A stretch of 64,000 bases of DNA from the NCBI GenBank assembly GCA_963750465.1, contig CAVVRE010000007.1:21818-85817 (forward strand), in the 5' to 3' direction. Positions 19,292-31,384 of the stretch are shown here, one piece after another (position 1 is the stretch's first letter; every line of letters starts with the position of its first letter). Made by a program: the position numbers and the translations under genes. The notes under the pieces were generated by a model that saw only the letters and a list, made by a program, of their open reading frames with translations, ran no database searches and was not told the origin of the DNA. Source of the stretch: an uncultured Acidimicrobiaceae bacterium. GTDB taxonomy: Bacteria > Actinomycetota > Acidimicrobiia > Acidimicrobiales > Palsa-688.

Positions 19292-20827
19292 TTGGAAACA
19301 ACGCGCCGTCAGTTTTTGGCATTTACAGCAGGTGCGGCGAGCCTTGGGGTCGCGGGCCTGGTCGGCTACGAGTGGCCCAGGCCCAGCGACAACAACGCTG
19401 AGCCGTCGACGACGACGGTCCCGACTACGCCGACCACGGAGTACAACGCCAACGAGGTGCAGTTTTTCTACTCCCGTCCGGACCTACAACCCCCGCGGGT
19501 AACCGTCGTGTACCGGCGTTCGCAGCCGTTCGTGCCGGAAAAAGACGCAGGCCTCCTGCTGCTCTCGCCCAAGGCGTACGTGGCCCCCGGACCGGGCCAG
19601 CCCGGGCTCATGATCCTGCAGGCCGACGGACGGCTACGCTGGTTCCGCCCCGCCGACGAGCCCCCCTTTAACTTGCAGTACCAGGAACTGAACGGAAAAC
19701 CCGTTTTGACATGGTGGGAAGGCAAGGTGACGAATGGCACCGGGGCCGGCGAAGGTGTGATCGCGGACCTGAGCTTTCGGGAACTGACCCGCCTCGGAAA
19801 GGTAGACGGTCTCTCGCCAGACCTCCACGAACTCGTCCTCACCGACCAGGGCACGGCGCTCATGACGGCCTACCACCCGGTGCCCGCCGACTTGTCGAGC
19901 GTCGGAGGGCCGAAGAAAGGGTTCGTCCTCGGCGGCGTGGCCATGGAAGTCGATGTCGCCAGCAAGAAATTGCTGCATCGCTGGGAGAGCGTGGACCACG
20001 TTACGGTGGAGGAGACTTATCAAAAGTTGCCCGACGGTCAGGGAACAGAACAGACCCCGTTCGACTATTTCCACATCAATTCCATATCGATTGCACCCGA
20101 CGGGGATCTGCTCATTTCGGGCCGCAACACGTGGGCGCTTTACAAGGTGGGCCGCTCCAGTGGTGACGTCAGATGGCGCATGAACGGCCGGAAATCTGAT
20201 TTCAAAATGGGGGAGGGGAGCAATTTCTACTGGCAGCACACGGCCCGCTACGCCGGGGCGGCGCGGATCGGCATTTTCGACGACGGCGCCACACCGGCCG
20301 AGGAAACACAATCCAGGGCCATCGTCCTGGCGGTGGACGAGGGCAAAATGACGGCCACACTGGCAAAAGCGTTCGTGCACCCGGCCCGGCTGCTCGCCCC
20401 CAACCAGGGCAGCGTGCAGGTCCTCGAAGACGGCGGTGTCCTGGTGGGCTGGGGGGCTCAGCCGTACTTCTCCCGATTTTCGGCGGACGGTGAACTCGTG
20501 CTCGATGCGCGGTTCCCGACCAACGTGCAGTCGTACCGCGTTTTCTTCGCCCAGCTCGTGGGCCAGCCAACGGAGCGACCGGCCGTGGCGGTCGAGGACG
20601 ACCCGGTCGGCGGCAAGATCGTGTACGTCAGCTGGAACGGTTCCACAGAAGTGGCATCATGGGAAGTCTTGGGAGGCTCGGCGCACCAGCTCACGTCATT
20701 GGCCCTGGCTGACTGGGCCGACTTCGAAACCGCCATAACGGTCAACAGTTCCGGGCCTCATTTTCAGGTGATAGCCATGGACCGTTCGGGTAAAAAGATC
20801 GGGAGTTCCGAGGTCGTAGCCGCGTGA
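19292..20827 (+). CDS. Arylsulfotransferase (ASST) family protein with a Tat signal
   Basis: 'METTRRQFLAFTAGAASLGVAG' Tat motif. ASST signatures 'FDYFHINSI' and 'LISGRNTWALYKV'. Confidence 0.8.
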   Translation: METTRRQFLAFTAGAASLGVAGLVGYEWPRPSDNNAEPSTTTVPTTPTTEYNANEVQFFYSRPDLQPPRVTVVYRRSQPFVPEKDAGLLLLSPKAYVAPGPGQPGLMILQADGRLRWFRPADEPPFNLQYQELNGKPVLTWWEGKVTNGTGAGEGVIADLSFRELTRLGKVDGLSPDLHELVLTDQGTALMTAYHPVPADLSSVGGPKKGFVLGGVAMEVDVASKKLLHRWESVDHVTVEETYQKLPDGQGTEQTPFDYFHINSISIAPDGDLLISGRNTWALYKVGRSSGDVRWRMNGRKSDFKMGEGSNFYWQHTARYAGAARIGIFDDGATPAEETQSRAIVLAVDEGKMTATLAKAFVHPARLLAPNQGSVQVLEDGGVLVGWGAQPYFSRFSADGELVLDARFPTNVQSYRVFFAQLVGQPTERPAVAVEDDPVGGKIVYVSWNGSTEVASWEVLGGSAHQLTSLALADWADFETAITVNSSGPHFQVIAMDRSGKKIGSSEVVAA

Positions 20828-22523
20828 GCGAGCCGGCTGACCGCAAGCCGGTCCAACCCGAGGGACCGGGGGGAACGTCTGCACATGTGCCCCAACACAG
20901 ACGGCCCGGGCGCCAAGAGGGCCCCGGCCGGGAGGTCCCAGGGCCAGAGGTTCCCAACGGAGCCTGGGCCAAGAGGCCACTAAGCCGCCGTGCGCTCCTG
21001 GCCCGCCTGGCCATGGGTTCGGCCGCCGCCGGTGCCGCCGCCGTTCTCGGCGCCATCGTGGTGGACGAAGCCACCAGGGAAGGGCATCCAGGCCGCTCCA
21101 CCGGCTTCCCGCACGACCTGGCCGTCCCCGAACTGGCATCGGTAGCCAGTTCCGCCACCCAGGGGCCGGCGCAGGTGTTCAGGTCGCGTCCGGACCTGCG
21201 CCCGCCGACGATAAGTGTCGACCTCCGGTCAGACCAGTTCGGGCCGGACCTGGTGTTCACCGACAGTCACGCCGGCCCCACGCAGCAGGGGCCCATGATC
21301 ATCGACGGCAACGGCGACCTCGTGTGGTTCCTCCCTCTTTCGCCCGGGTCCGACGCCGGTTTGCGAGCCTTCAATTTGCAAACCTGGTCGTACGGTGGCA
21401 AAAAGGTGCTGTGCTGGTTCCAGGGCGCGGTGGTCGAGGCGCATGGCCAGGGTTCCTACGAGCTGTACGACTCTAGCTACAAGAAGGTCGCTCAGGTCTC
21501 CGCTCAGAACGGCTTCCAGGGTGACCTGCACGAGTTCGTCATAACGCCCGAAGGGACGGCCCTTTTTACGTGCTACGGTCAGGCCCACGCCGACCTGTCC
21601 CGCTACGGCGGTCCGCACGACGGCACGTATTTCTTCGGGGTCGTACAAGAGGTCGACCTGCAGACGGGCAAGCTCGTTTTCGAATGGCGCAGCGACGACC
21701 ACGTTCCCCTCGCTGAATCGTGCGAACCAGCGAAACCCGATGGCGCATGGGACTATTTCCATATCAACTCGATAGATGTCGACCGGGATGACGGCAGCCT
21801 GATAGTTTCGGGCCGGAATACATGGGCTTTTTACAAGGTCCAGCGCCCCAGCGGGAAAGTGTTGTGGCGGCTCGGCGGCAAGGCGAGCGACTTCAACGTC
21901 AGCCCGGGCGCCCAGTTCGCGTTCCAACACCACGTCCGGCGCCGTTCTGACACGACCATTACCTTGTTCGACAACGAAGGGGCCCGCCGGCGGTCGCGTC
22001 CCGGTCGCGCGGCGTGGCGCTGTCCGTCGACGAGAAATCCCGCCGGGCCCGCCTCCTGCGCCAGTACCTGCACAGCCCGCCGGTGTTGTCGGAGGCGCTC
22101 GGGAGCGTGCAAGACCTGGCCAGCGGGAACAGGTTCATCGGCTGGGGCGAATCGGGCTATTTCACCGAGTACGACGCCTCGGGCAAACCCCTCTTCGACG
22201 CTCGGCTGGCGTCCGGGACCGAGTCCTACCGAGCTTTCAAACAGCCCTGGCTGGGCGCCCCGTCCGAGCCGCCGGCTATGGCGGTCGTCGCCGGCACCTC
22301 AGCGGCGACGATATACGCCAGCTGGAACGGTTCTACAGAGACGGCGGGTTGGCTGGTCCTCGGCGGCCGGAGCAGTAGCCACCTTGGCCGTCTGGGGGGT
22401 GCCCCCCGCCGCGGCTTCGAGACCGCCATCACGGTGCCACACCCGCCGAAATACCTGGCTGTCGAGGCCGTCGCCGGCAACGGCGAGACGCTGGCTCGGT
22501 CCGAGACCAAGCCGCTGGGCTGA
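20824..22523 (+). CDS. Second arylsulfotransferase-family paralog (Tat-type 'SRRALLARLAMGSAAAGAAA'), with an apparent frameshift at ~21990
   Basis: 'WDYFHINSIDVDRDDGSLIVSGRNTWAFYKV'. The C-terminal part ('NRFIGWGESGYFTEYDASGKPLFDARL...ASWNGSTETAGWLVLGG') lies in ORF 22014..22523. Confidence 0.7.
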
Positions 22524-22591
22524 GCCGGGCCGACGCCCCGAGCGCAGCCCGACAAAGGACCGGACGCCCGGAGTGCCGAAGAGGTACCGCC

Positions 22592-23131
22592 GTGAGTAAA
22601 GATGGCAGCGTGATGAACAACCCGCGAGAGGATGAACCGCCGCTCATTGTGGTGCATACCGGCCGCCAGGGGCCGGTAGCGGAGGGTGAGGTAGGCAGCG
22701 AGGACCAGGCGGAGGTCGTCGAACAACCAGCGAAGGTCATGCGGATCGGCTCCATGATCCGTCAGCTGCTCGAGGAGGTCCGCCAGGCCCCCCTTGACGA
22801 CGCCAGCCGGGCCCGGTTGCGCGAGATCTACGACACGTCACTGGTCGAGTTGCAAGAAGGCCTGTCCCCTGATCTGAGCGCCGAACTGGTGCGGATGGCG
22901 CCCCCGTTCAACCCCGAGACCGTGCCAACGGACGCCGAGCTCAGGGTGGCGCAAGCTCAGCTCGTCGGTTGGCTCGAAGGGCTCTTCCACGGGATACAGG
23001 CCACTCTCTTCGCCCAGCAAATGGCCCAGAAGGCGCAGCTCGAGGATGCTCGCCGGCGAGCACTGCCGGCCGGCCGGGCGGGAGCACGTGACGCCCGTGA
23101 AGACCCGCCGATGCCAGGCACCTACCTGTGA
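22592..23131 (+). CDS. bpa: Bacterial proteasome activator Bpa/PafE-like (DUF2587) ending in GTYL
   Basis: 'VEQPAKVMRIGSMIRQLLEEVRQAPLD...AQAQLVGWLEGLFHGIQATLFAQQMA' and C-terminal '...GTYL' (HbYX-like). Similarity to Mtb Rv3780 is recalled from memory. Confidence 0.7.
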   Translation: MSKDGSVMNNPREDEPPLIVVHTGRQGPVAEGEVGSEDQAEVVEQPAKVMRIGSMIRQLLEEVRQAPLDDASRARLREIYDTSLVELQEGLSPDLSAELVRMAPPFNPETVPTDAELRVAQAQLVGWLEGLFHGIQATLFAQQMAQKAQLEDARRRALPAGRAGARDAREDPPMPGTYL

Positions 23132-23513
23132 GGCCTATGGCAGGACCGGATGGTCTCGGGTGGCGACCCGAGCTGGTGTAGAGGCGACCAAAGGTCCACA
23201 GGCCACAAGAAGGCGCAGAAGCGAAGATATGGCTGGCGAGGCGGAGACCGGTCAAGTAGGCCCGCGCCAAAGAGACGAGCCGCGAAAATTGAGCCCTGGG
23301 GGCGCCGTCTAAACGCAGCGACAGGTGGGTGCCGGTCACCCCGGCGCGCTAGATTCGTTGGAAGCACACTGTTGTAATCTTGTCCACAGGACCGCCAGCT
23401 TTGGGAATAGGTAAACCCTTGTGGACGGCGAGGCCCCAGGCGTATGACCAGGGCCGATGACTCGGGCCGACGACCTGCGTCGATGAATAGCCAGCAACGA
23501 GGAGGAGTGGGTA

Positions 23514-26500
23514 GTGGCCGGACCAGCTAGCGCGTCATTTGCGCACCTGCACCTCCATACCGAGTTCTCGATGCTCGACGGAGCGGCGCGGGTCGAAGAG
23601 GTCGTGAAGCGGGCCGCATCGGACGGTCAGCCGGCGATTGCGATAACAGACCACGGCAACATGTACGGGGTCCTGGACTTCTACAAAGCGGCCCAAGCGG
23701 CGGGGGTGAAGCCGATTATCGGGATCGAGGCGTACATGGCCGCCGAGACCCGGTTGGAGCGGCCGCTGCGACGGGGCCGCCTCGACGACACCGGAGGGGA
23801 CGCCGACGAAGGCGACAAGCTCTATTACCACCTCACCCTTCTGGCGGAAAGCGACCGCGGCTACAAAAACCTGCTCAAGCTGTCCTCCGACGCCTATCTT
23901 TCGGGCTACTGGTACAAGCCCAGGTGCGACTGGGAACTGCTGGAGCGCTACCACGAGGGAGTAATCGCAACCACGGGGTGCCTGGGCGGACTGGTCAGCC
24001 AGGCCCTCTTGCGGGGAGACGTGGAGCAGGCCACCGCCCACGCCGCCCGGTTGCAGGAGATATTCGGCCGCGAAAACCTGTTCGTCGAGCTGCAGGACCA
24101 CGGGCTCGAAAAACAGAGGAAAACCAACCCACAACTCGTCGAGATTGCCCGCCGCATCGGTGCCCCCCTGCTGGCCACTAACGACAGCCACTACTCGTCC
24201 CGGGACGACCACCTGGCCCACGACGCATTGCTGTGCGTGCAGACGGGCTCGACTATGGACGACGAGAAGCGCTTCCGCTTCGATGGCTCGGAGCACTACT
24301 TGAAGACGGCCGCCGAGATGCGGGCGCTTTTTTCCGAGTTCCCTGAAGCCTGCGACAACACGTTGTGGGTGGCGGAAAGGGCCGACGTCACCATCGAGCT
24401 GGGCAAGCCCAAGCTCCCGGCTTTCCCTCTCCCCGAGGGGATGACGAACTCGGACGAGTACCTGCGCCACCGGACGTTCCAGGGGGCGGAGGAACTCTAC
24501 GGGCGCCCGGTACCGCCCCATGTGGTGGAGCGCATCGACTCTGAGCTCGGCGTCATCGCCTCAATGGGCTACTCGGATTACTTCCTCGTCGTCTGGGACC
24601 TCATTCGCTACGCCCGGGAACAGAAGATCCGGGTTGGCCCGGCCGGGGAGCGCGGCCGGCTGCTGCGTGGCCTACTGCCTGCGCATAGTCGACCTCGACC
24701 CGATCCGTTACGACCTGCTGTTCGAGCGGTTCCTCAACCCGGGCCGCAAGCAGCTGCCCGATATCGATATGGACTTCGACGAGCGTTACCGGGGTGAAAT
24801 GATCCGCTACGCCTCGGAGCGCTGGGGTTGGGACCGCGTGGCGCAAATAGTCACGTTCTCTACCATCAAGGCGCGTGCTGCAGTTCGGGACGCGGCCCGC
24901 GTGCTCGGCTACCCCTACGGCCTCGGGGACCGTGTGGCCAAGGCCATGCCACCGCTGGTGATGGGCCGGGACACGCCATTGTGGGCCTGTTTCGAGGAAC
25001 ACCCCAAGCACGCCGACGGTTACAAGGTGGCCACCGAACTGCGGGAGATGTACGCCACCGACCCCGACGTGAAGCGCGTGGTCGACGTGGCCAAAGGCCT
25101 AGAAGGGCTCCGTCGTCAGGACGGCATCCACGCCGCCGCTGTGGTGATCTCGGCCGACCCGCTGACCGATCACCTCCCGGTCCAACGCAAGCCCGAGCCG
25201 GGGGGCCGGCCTGAGGACGCGCCCGTCGTCACCCAGTACGAAATGCACGCTGTCGAAGAGCTCGGCCTGCTCAAGATGGACTTCCTCGGCCTGCGCAACC
25301 TGAGCGTCATCGAGAGAGCGCTCGACATGATCGAGCTCAACACGGGCACGAGGCCCGACATAGACCACGTCGACCTCGAGGACCAGGCCACGTTCGAACT
25401 GTTGAAACGGGGCGACACGGTCGGAGTGTTCCAGCTTGAAGGCTCCAACATGCGGGCGCTGGTGCGGGCGCTGGCCCCCAGTCATCTTGGCGACGTCGCC
25501 GCTCTGGTGGCCCTGTACCGGCCGGGGCCAATGGCCACCAACATGCATTATGACTACGCCGACCGGAAAAACGGCCGCAAGGAGATCAGCTGCATCCACC
25601 CGGACATGGCTGAGGTCCTGAGCGACACTTACGGGCTCATGATCTATCAGGAGTCGATGCTCCGGGTGGCCCAGCGTTTCGCCGGCTACAGCCTGGACCA
25701 GGCCGAAAACCTGCGCCGGGCGGCGGCCAAGAAGGTCCGGGAGAGCATGAGACTGGAGCGGGAAAAGTTCGTGGCCGGCTGCGAACAGACCGGTTACGGT
25801 TCCGCCATCGGTTCGGCCCTGTTCGACATCATCGAGCCGTTCGCCGACTACGCCTTCCCCAAAAGCCACGCCTTTGGCTACGGCCTGGTGGCCTACTGGA
25901 CCGCGTGGCTAAAAGCCAACCACCCCGTCGAGTACATGGCGTGCCTGCTCACCAGCGTGAAGGACGACAAGGACAAGCTGGCTGTGTACCTGGGGGAGTG
26001 CCGGTCGATGGGCATCGAGGTCCTCGTCCCGGACATAAATCTGTCGGCCTCAGACTTCACGGCCGTCCGCCCCGGCCAAACCGCGGGTGGCCAGCGCGAG
26101 GTTCAAGCCTTCGGCGTGGTCCCGTTCGGGTTGTCCGCTATCCGCAACGTCGGGGAGGGGCTCGTCGAGAGGATCGTGAGCGAGCGCGAGGCGACGGGGC
26201 CGTTCAAGGACTTCTACGACTTCTGCAACCGGGTCGACGCTGTGGTGCTCAACAAGCGGACGGTCGAGTCGCTCATCAAGGCGGGCGCCTTCGACTGCCT
26301 CGGCCACCCCCGTCAGGGCCTGTGCCTGGTCTCCGAGCAAGTGCTGGACCGCACGCTGGCCCGGCGGCGAGAGGCGGACCAGGGGGTGCTCAGCCTCTTT
26401 GGCGGCCTGGGCAGCGGTGAGCAGGTGTTCGACGACTCCAGGGTGCCCGTTCCCGACCAGGAGTTCGACAAACAGCAAAAGCTCATTTTCGAGAAAGAAA

Positions 26501-27275
26501 TGCTCGGGCTCTACGTGAGCGACCACCCCCTGGTGGGCGCCGAGGCGGCCTTACGCCGGCACACGGACTGCACCATCCTCGACCTGCGAGAGGAGGGCCC
26601 GGCCGGGACCTGGCCGGGGCAGGTGCGGCCGGAGGCGCCAACGGTGGCAATGCCGCGGGCCTCGCCGGCGGAGCGAGCACCGGGTATGGGGCCAGCGCCG
26701 GCGGTGATGGATTTGGCGGTGCAGCCACCGGTTGGTACGGGGCCCGCAGCGCCAACTCGGAGCGGTGGGTGGGTGGCGTCGTGACCGGGCTCAACCGCAG
26801 GTACACCAGGAGAGGCGAGCTCATGGCCACGTTCGTCCTGGAAGACCTGCAGTCGTCGATCGAAGTCTTCGTCTTCCCCCGCACCATGACCGAGGTCGGT
26901 CACATGCTCGCCGACGACGTCGTGGTGTGCGTGAAGGGGAGGCTCGACCTGCGCGACGAGGTCCCCAAGATCGTGTGCTCCGAGCTCAAGCGCCCGCAGC
27001 TGAGCGCCGACGGGTCCGAACCGTTGGAGGTCGTCGTACCCGTCAATGCCCTGGACGACGCCCGGGTAGAGCGCCTGCGGGAGCTGTTTCGAGAGCACCC
27101 TGGAAGCTCGCCGGTCTACCTGCATGTGGGTACCAAAGTGGTCCGGCTGGCGCACGAGTTCGACGTGACGACGAGCGCCGGTTTGCTGGCCGAGCTGACG
27201 GGTACTACTCGGACCTGCCTGTTTGTGGAGCAGTGGGGTCGCGAGCCGCTAAACTTGACCACGGTCCCCAGCTAG
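23514..27275 (+). CDS. dnaE: DNA polymerase III alpha subunit (DnaE1), with at least two apparent frameshifts (~24640 in a G-run, ~26600) and a Gly/Ala-rich segment before the OB-fold
   Basis: PHP domain 'FAHLHLHTEFSMLDGA', 'GPGRGSAAG', a finger domain and OB-fold 'GGVVTGLNRRYTRRGELMATFVLEDL'. The three consecutive frames are 23514..24797, 24520..26784 and 26769..27275. Confidence 0.9.
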
Positions 27276-27293
27276 TAAGGAGTGATCAGCAGC

Positions 27294-27970
27294 ATGATGT
27301 TCGATGTCGAGACCAAAGATTGCACAGCGCTTTCAGATACCGAGCTGGCCGATATGGCCGACATCGTGGCGGACGGCCCGGCCGGGCTGGACATTGGCTT
27401 GCTGTCCAAACAGAGAGACGAGTGGGTCTTGATCACCCAGGCCCGTGAACGCGGGCCGCCTGATGGGCTTCTCTTTCTGCACTCTGGAGCGCATCGGCGG
27501 TACTCCGTGCGTGTTGTGGGGTCTTGTGTCGGTGAAGCGCTGCGCTGAGCGCGCACGGCCATCCTGGATGCACTGCGGGCCGACCAGTTCCGCAAGGCGG
27601 TGCTCGCCTTCCCCGACGAGGACGTCCTGGTTGCGACCAGCGCTTGCGAGAACCGGGCGGCTTTGCCGCCTTCAGCGGCCTGGTGGACATCTGCCCCCGC
27701 CCCGGCTACAAGGTCTCCGGTGAGGAGCGGGCCTGGTCTCGGCGGCTGGCCAAGCGCTTCGGCGCCGATGGCCGGGTCGACGACCGCAGTTTCATCGTCC
27801 GGGGCGACAGCTCGCCCTGCCCGGTCTTCGATTACGAGCCCGAGACCAATGACGAGGTGGACGACGACGTTGCCACCGTGATGATGGCGCTGGACCAGGG
27901 CCGCCGCGATGTCCTCATTGCCTTCGGCTGGGCCATGTCCGAAGGACTGGCCTCGGGCTTCAAGTTCTAA
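27294..27970 (+). CDS. Hypothetical protein, interrupted by an in-frame TGA (27546-27548) and a frameshift at ~27655
   Basis: 'MMFDVETKDCTALSDTELADMADIV...' then '...FRKAVLAFPDEDVLVATSACENRA' then 'FAAFSGLVDICPRPGYKVSGEE...FDYEPETNDEVDDDVATVMMALDQGRRDVLIAFGW'. No family recognised. Confidence 0.3.
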
Positions 27971-28114
27971 CCAGGATCCGCCGGAGGTGGCGCGCTCGAG
28001 CGCGCCTTCGGGGGCTGATCCCGTTTTCTGGCCTCCGCTTTTGGCCCGCCCGGCGGGGTTCGGGGTTAGCAAGCAAATCGTGCCTGGTCACAGACCAGCG
28101 CGCCTGCTGTCCGG

Positions 28115-28784
28115 CTAGCGGCGGGGGACGATCGCCTCTACGACTTTGTAGCAGTGGCCGTCCACCGGCGGCGTCAACGCCACCACGATGTGCGCCCCGG
28201 GCCGCATCTGGGCGAATGTCTGCCTTGCTCCTTGTAGCGAGGCGGCCAGACGGGGGTCATCACAAGCCAGTACCTGTGGCCGGCCGCCCCAGAGGAAATG
28301 GCACCACAGGCCGCCCGCTTCGAACGTGATGACCACGGGGCCGTTCGGCTTGGCCAGGGTCACCGAGGGGTGGTCCGAGCTGCGTTCCCAGAACGGGACG
28401 GTGGCGCCGTATGAGCCGAGCAACGGCGCCTTCTCGGGGTGCAGCAGCGGCCGGATCAAACGCCCGGCGGCCCGGCTGCTTCAGCCGGCCCGAGAGCTTG
28501 GGTGGGCCGGCGATCACGATGGCGTCGGGTTCTGTTGGGTCAGGGACGAGGTCAGGGTCGCTGGCCACGGTCACGTCGACGACATCGTACGGCCGCAGCC
28601 GCTGGTCGACGGGATGGGCCGACCAGGCTCTCACCAGGGCGCCCGAGACGAGGTCGATGCCGCCGCAGTGCCGCTCGCCGGTCGACACGACCATGAGCCG
28701 AAGCGCTGTCCCGGGCGTGTCGTCGAGCCGGGGCAACGACTTGGCCGGCGCTCTCAGTGAAGAACTATTGCGCACCGATAGCAA
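28115..28784 (-). CDS. Hypothetical protein, with an apparent frameshift in the 28260-28459 overlap
   Basis: Two overlapping minus ORFs (28260..28784 and 28115..28459). The sequence includes '...GPVVITFEAGGLWCHFLWGGRPQVLACDDPRL...HIVVALTPPVDGHCYKVVEAIVPRR'. No family recognised. Confidence 0.35.
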
Positions 28785-28877
28785 TAGTGGCTGTTAGTGG
28801 CGGCGAATACGTGGATGGTGCAAATTTGGGTACCCGGGACATCTGCTGGGAGCGTACCGGCCACTGTCATCACGAGA

Positions 28878-30996
28878 TTAGCGAACATCCCCGGCGGCGA
28901 GCCGGGGGCGCTGGTCGAGTAGGGCGCCCAGCTCGTCCGGGGTCGTGACGGGGAGTTGGCAGGTATAGGCCTCGCAGACAAAGGCACGGCCGGCGGCGTC
29001 GGGCCCGTCCCGCCCCTCCCACAGCGGCGACGCAAACGGTTCACCCCACGCCAGCACGGTGTCGGGAAGGAACCGTCGACCGACTTCGCGCCTAAGCGGT
29101 TCCTCGGACGAAGCAATTACGACCTGCCGCCTGGGCCGGGACAGGTAGGTGGCGGCCGTGGTCAGCCCCGGGAAGGCTACGGGCACGCGTGATAGGGCGG
29201 GGGCCACCAGCCGCACCGTTTGCCGGGCGGTGTCGGTGAACGAGCCGTCCCCGGTCAGCTCGCCCAGCCGGCCCAAGGCGAGGGCGGCTACGGCATTGGC
29301 GGACGGAGTGGCCCCGTCCTGCAGATCCTTCATCCGGGCTATCAACTCTTCGGCGTCGTTCCCGTAGGTGAAAAATCCGCCGGCCTCTTTGTCCCAGAAC
29401 AGTTCGATGAGCGACCGTGCCGTCTCGGAGGCGGCGGTTGTCCAAGAGCTCCGGCCGGTGGCCTCGCCAAGACGAGTGAACGCCTCGGTCAACCAGGCGT
29501 AGTCGCCGGCGAAGGCCAACGAGCTCCGCCCCGCCCCGCCTGCGCCGTTGCCGCTCGTCTCGTCCCCCGGGAGGCCGGTGTCCCCCGGGCGCCGGCGGCT
29601 CCCGGTCGCCACGACCGCAGCCAGCGCCCATCCGAGCGACGTAGCCGGTCCATCAAGACCGCGGCGGTCTTGGCCGCTTCCGCCACCCACTCAGCCTGCC
29701 CGAACGCGGTCCCGGCGTAGGCCAGGGCAGCCACGCCCATGGCGTTCCATTCGGTCAACACCTTCCCGTCGAGCCCCGGGCGGGGGCGGGTTTGGCGTCG
29801 CTCCAACAGGCGCAGACGCGCCGCTTCTATCTCTGGCGGCCGGGCGATGTCTCCCAAGCGGGGCCGCCAGAGGATGTTGGTCCCTTCCCAGTTGCCGGCG
29901 GCGGAGGCGCCGTACCACAGTGCCGCTTCGGCCCGGCGACCTCTTCGAGCTCGGGCAGCGACCAGGTGTAAAAACGGCCCTCCTGGCCCTCGCTGTCGGC
30001 GTCCTCGGCCGAAGCCCAGGCATTTTCAGGCAAGCGGATAGGCGGGCTGAGTAAGTAGCCCACCGTTTCTTCGACAACCTGGCGATAGCGCGTCGAGCCT
30101 GTCAACTGCCAGGCCTGGGTGTAGATAAGTACGAGCAACGCATTGTCGTAGAGCATTTTTTCGAAGTGCGGGACGAGCCAATGCCTGTCGGTGCTGTAGC
30201 GGGCGAACCCGCCCGCCAGGTGGTCGTAAATCCCACCCGAGCTCATGGCATCGAGCGTGCGGGAGAGGGCTTCGAGCGCCCGTTCGTCGCCGGAACGCCA
30301 CCAGTACTGGGCCAGCAGCTCGAGGCTGGTGGCCTGGGGGAACTTGGGCGCCTGGCCGAAACCGCCCCACTGCGGGTCATAGCGGGACAACAAACTGTCG
30401 GCTGCATTGGAAAATGCGGCTCTTTCCAGTTCGCCTTCAAATGTCCCATCGGCATCTGGTCCATTGGCGCCTGGCCCCCAGTCCTCACCCGCCAGGACCG
30501 GTGGCGCGGCACCCTTGCGCACCGCGTCGGCGAGCCGGGCGGCGTCGTCCTCAATGGCCGCCCGCTTGGTCGACCAAAGGCTGGACACGCGGTCGAGGAG
30601 GCTGAGGAAATTGGCCCTCGGCAGGTAGGTACCACCCCAGAAGGGCCGCCCGTCCGCTAAGGCCAGCACGGTCATGGGCCAACCGCCCGCGCCGGTCAAC
30701 AGCTGCACTGCCTCCATGTAGACGGCGTCTACGTCGGGCCGTTCCTCCCGGTCCACCTTGATGGCGACGAACCCAGAATTGAGGACGTCGGCCACACCGG
30801 TGTCCTCGAAACTCTCGTGCGCCATCACGTGGCACCAATGGCAGGCGGAGTACCCGACCGAAATGAGCACCGGCACGTCGCGCCGACGGGCCTCTGCGAA
30901 CGCGGCCCCGGACCACGGCCACCAGTCCACGGGGTTCCCGGCGTGTTGAAGGAGGTAAGGACTCGCTTCGCGGGCGAGCCGATTGGCGCTTGGCAC
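28878..30996 (-). CDS. Thioredoxin-domain protein of the DUF255/YyaL family (N-terminal thioredoxin-like + N-acylglucosamine-2-epimerase-like six-hairpin domain), with two apparent frameshifts (~29840, ~29520)
   Basis: '[54 protein letters not shown]'. The remaining parts, '[18 protein letters not shown]' and '...[32 protein letters not shown]', are spread over three frames. Confidence 0.8.
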
Positions 30997-31142
30997 CGCT
31001 ACACCCTACCGAGCGAGGCCGGATCACACCTGGGCGCGGGCGCCAGTGGCCCACCCGATATTCCTCGTCAGGACGACTACCAACGGGTGACTGGGACGCA
31101 GCTGGAGTGCGATAATTCTATAAGTGAAGGTGGCGTAAGGTC

Positions 31143-31361
31143 GTGACAATGAGCTACGCGGAGCCCGACAGCGTCGTGGGACGCCCGGCGTACGTCACTG
31201 TGGCGATCCCCGGTGGTAGCCGAGCGGGAGAAATACTCCTGCGCGTTCGCGGAGGGACTGAGTCCTATATCGCTTACTCCGACGAGCCCGTCGACGTGGG
31301 GGCACAGGTCCTCGTCCTGGCCGACCGGGGAGCGCGCTCCGTGTTGGTGGCGCCGCTCTAG
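31143..31361 (+). CDS. NfeD-like short OB-fold protein, partner of SPFH/flotillin
   Basis: 72-aa protein immediately upstream of the flotillin-like gene. Its beta-rich sequence 'AYVTVAIPGGSRAGEILLRVRGGTESYIAYSDEPVDVGAQVLVL' is typical of the NfeD C-terminal domain. Confidence 0.65.
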   Translation: MTMSYAEPDSVVGRPAYVTVAIPGGSRAGEILLRVRGGTESYIAYSDEPVDVGAQVLVLADRGARSVLVAPL

Positions 31362-31384
31362 CGCCGATAAAAGAAAGGCAAGTC

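Noticed and set aside
27546-27548. In-frame TGA considered as selenocysteine
   Set aside because: No SECIS-like hairpin follows, and a frameshift occurs 100 nt later. A sequencing defect or pseudogene is more likely.
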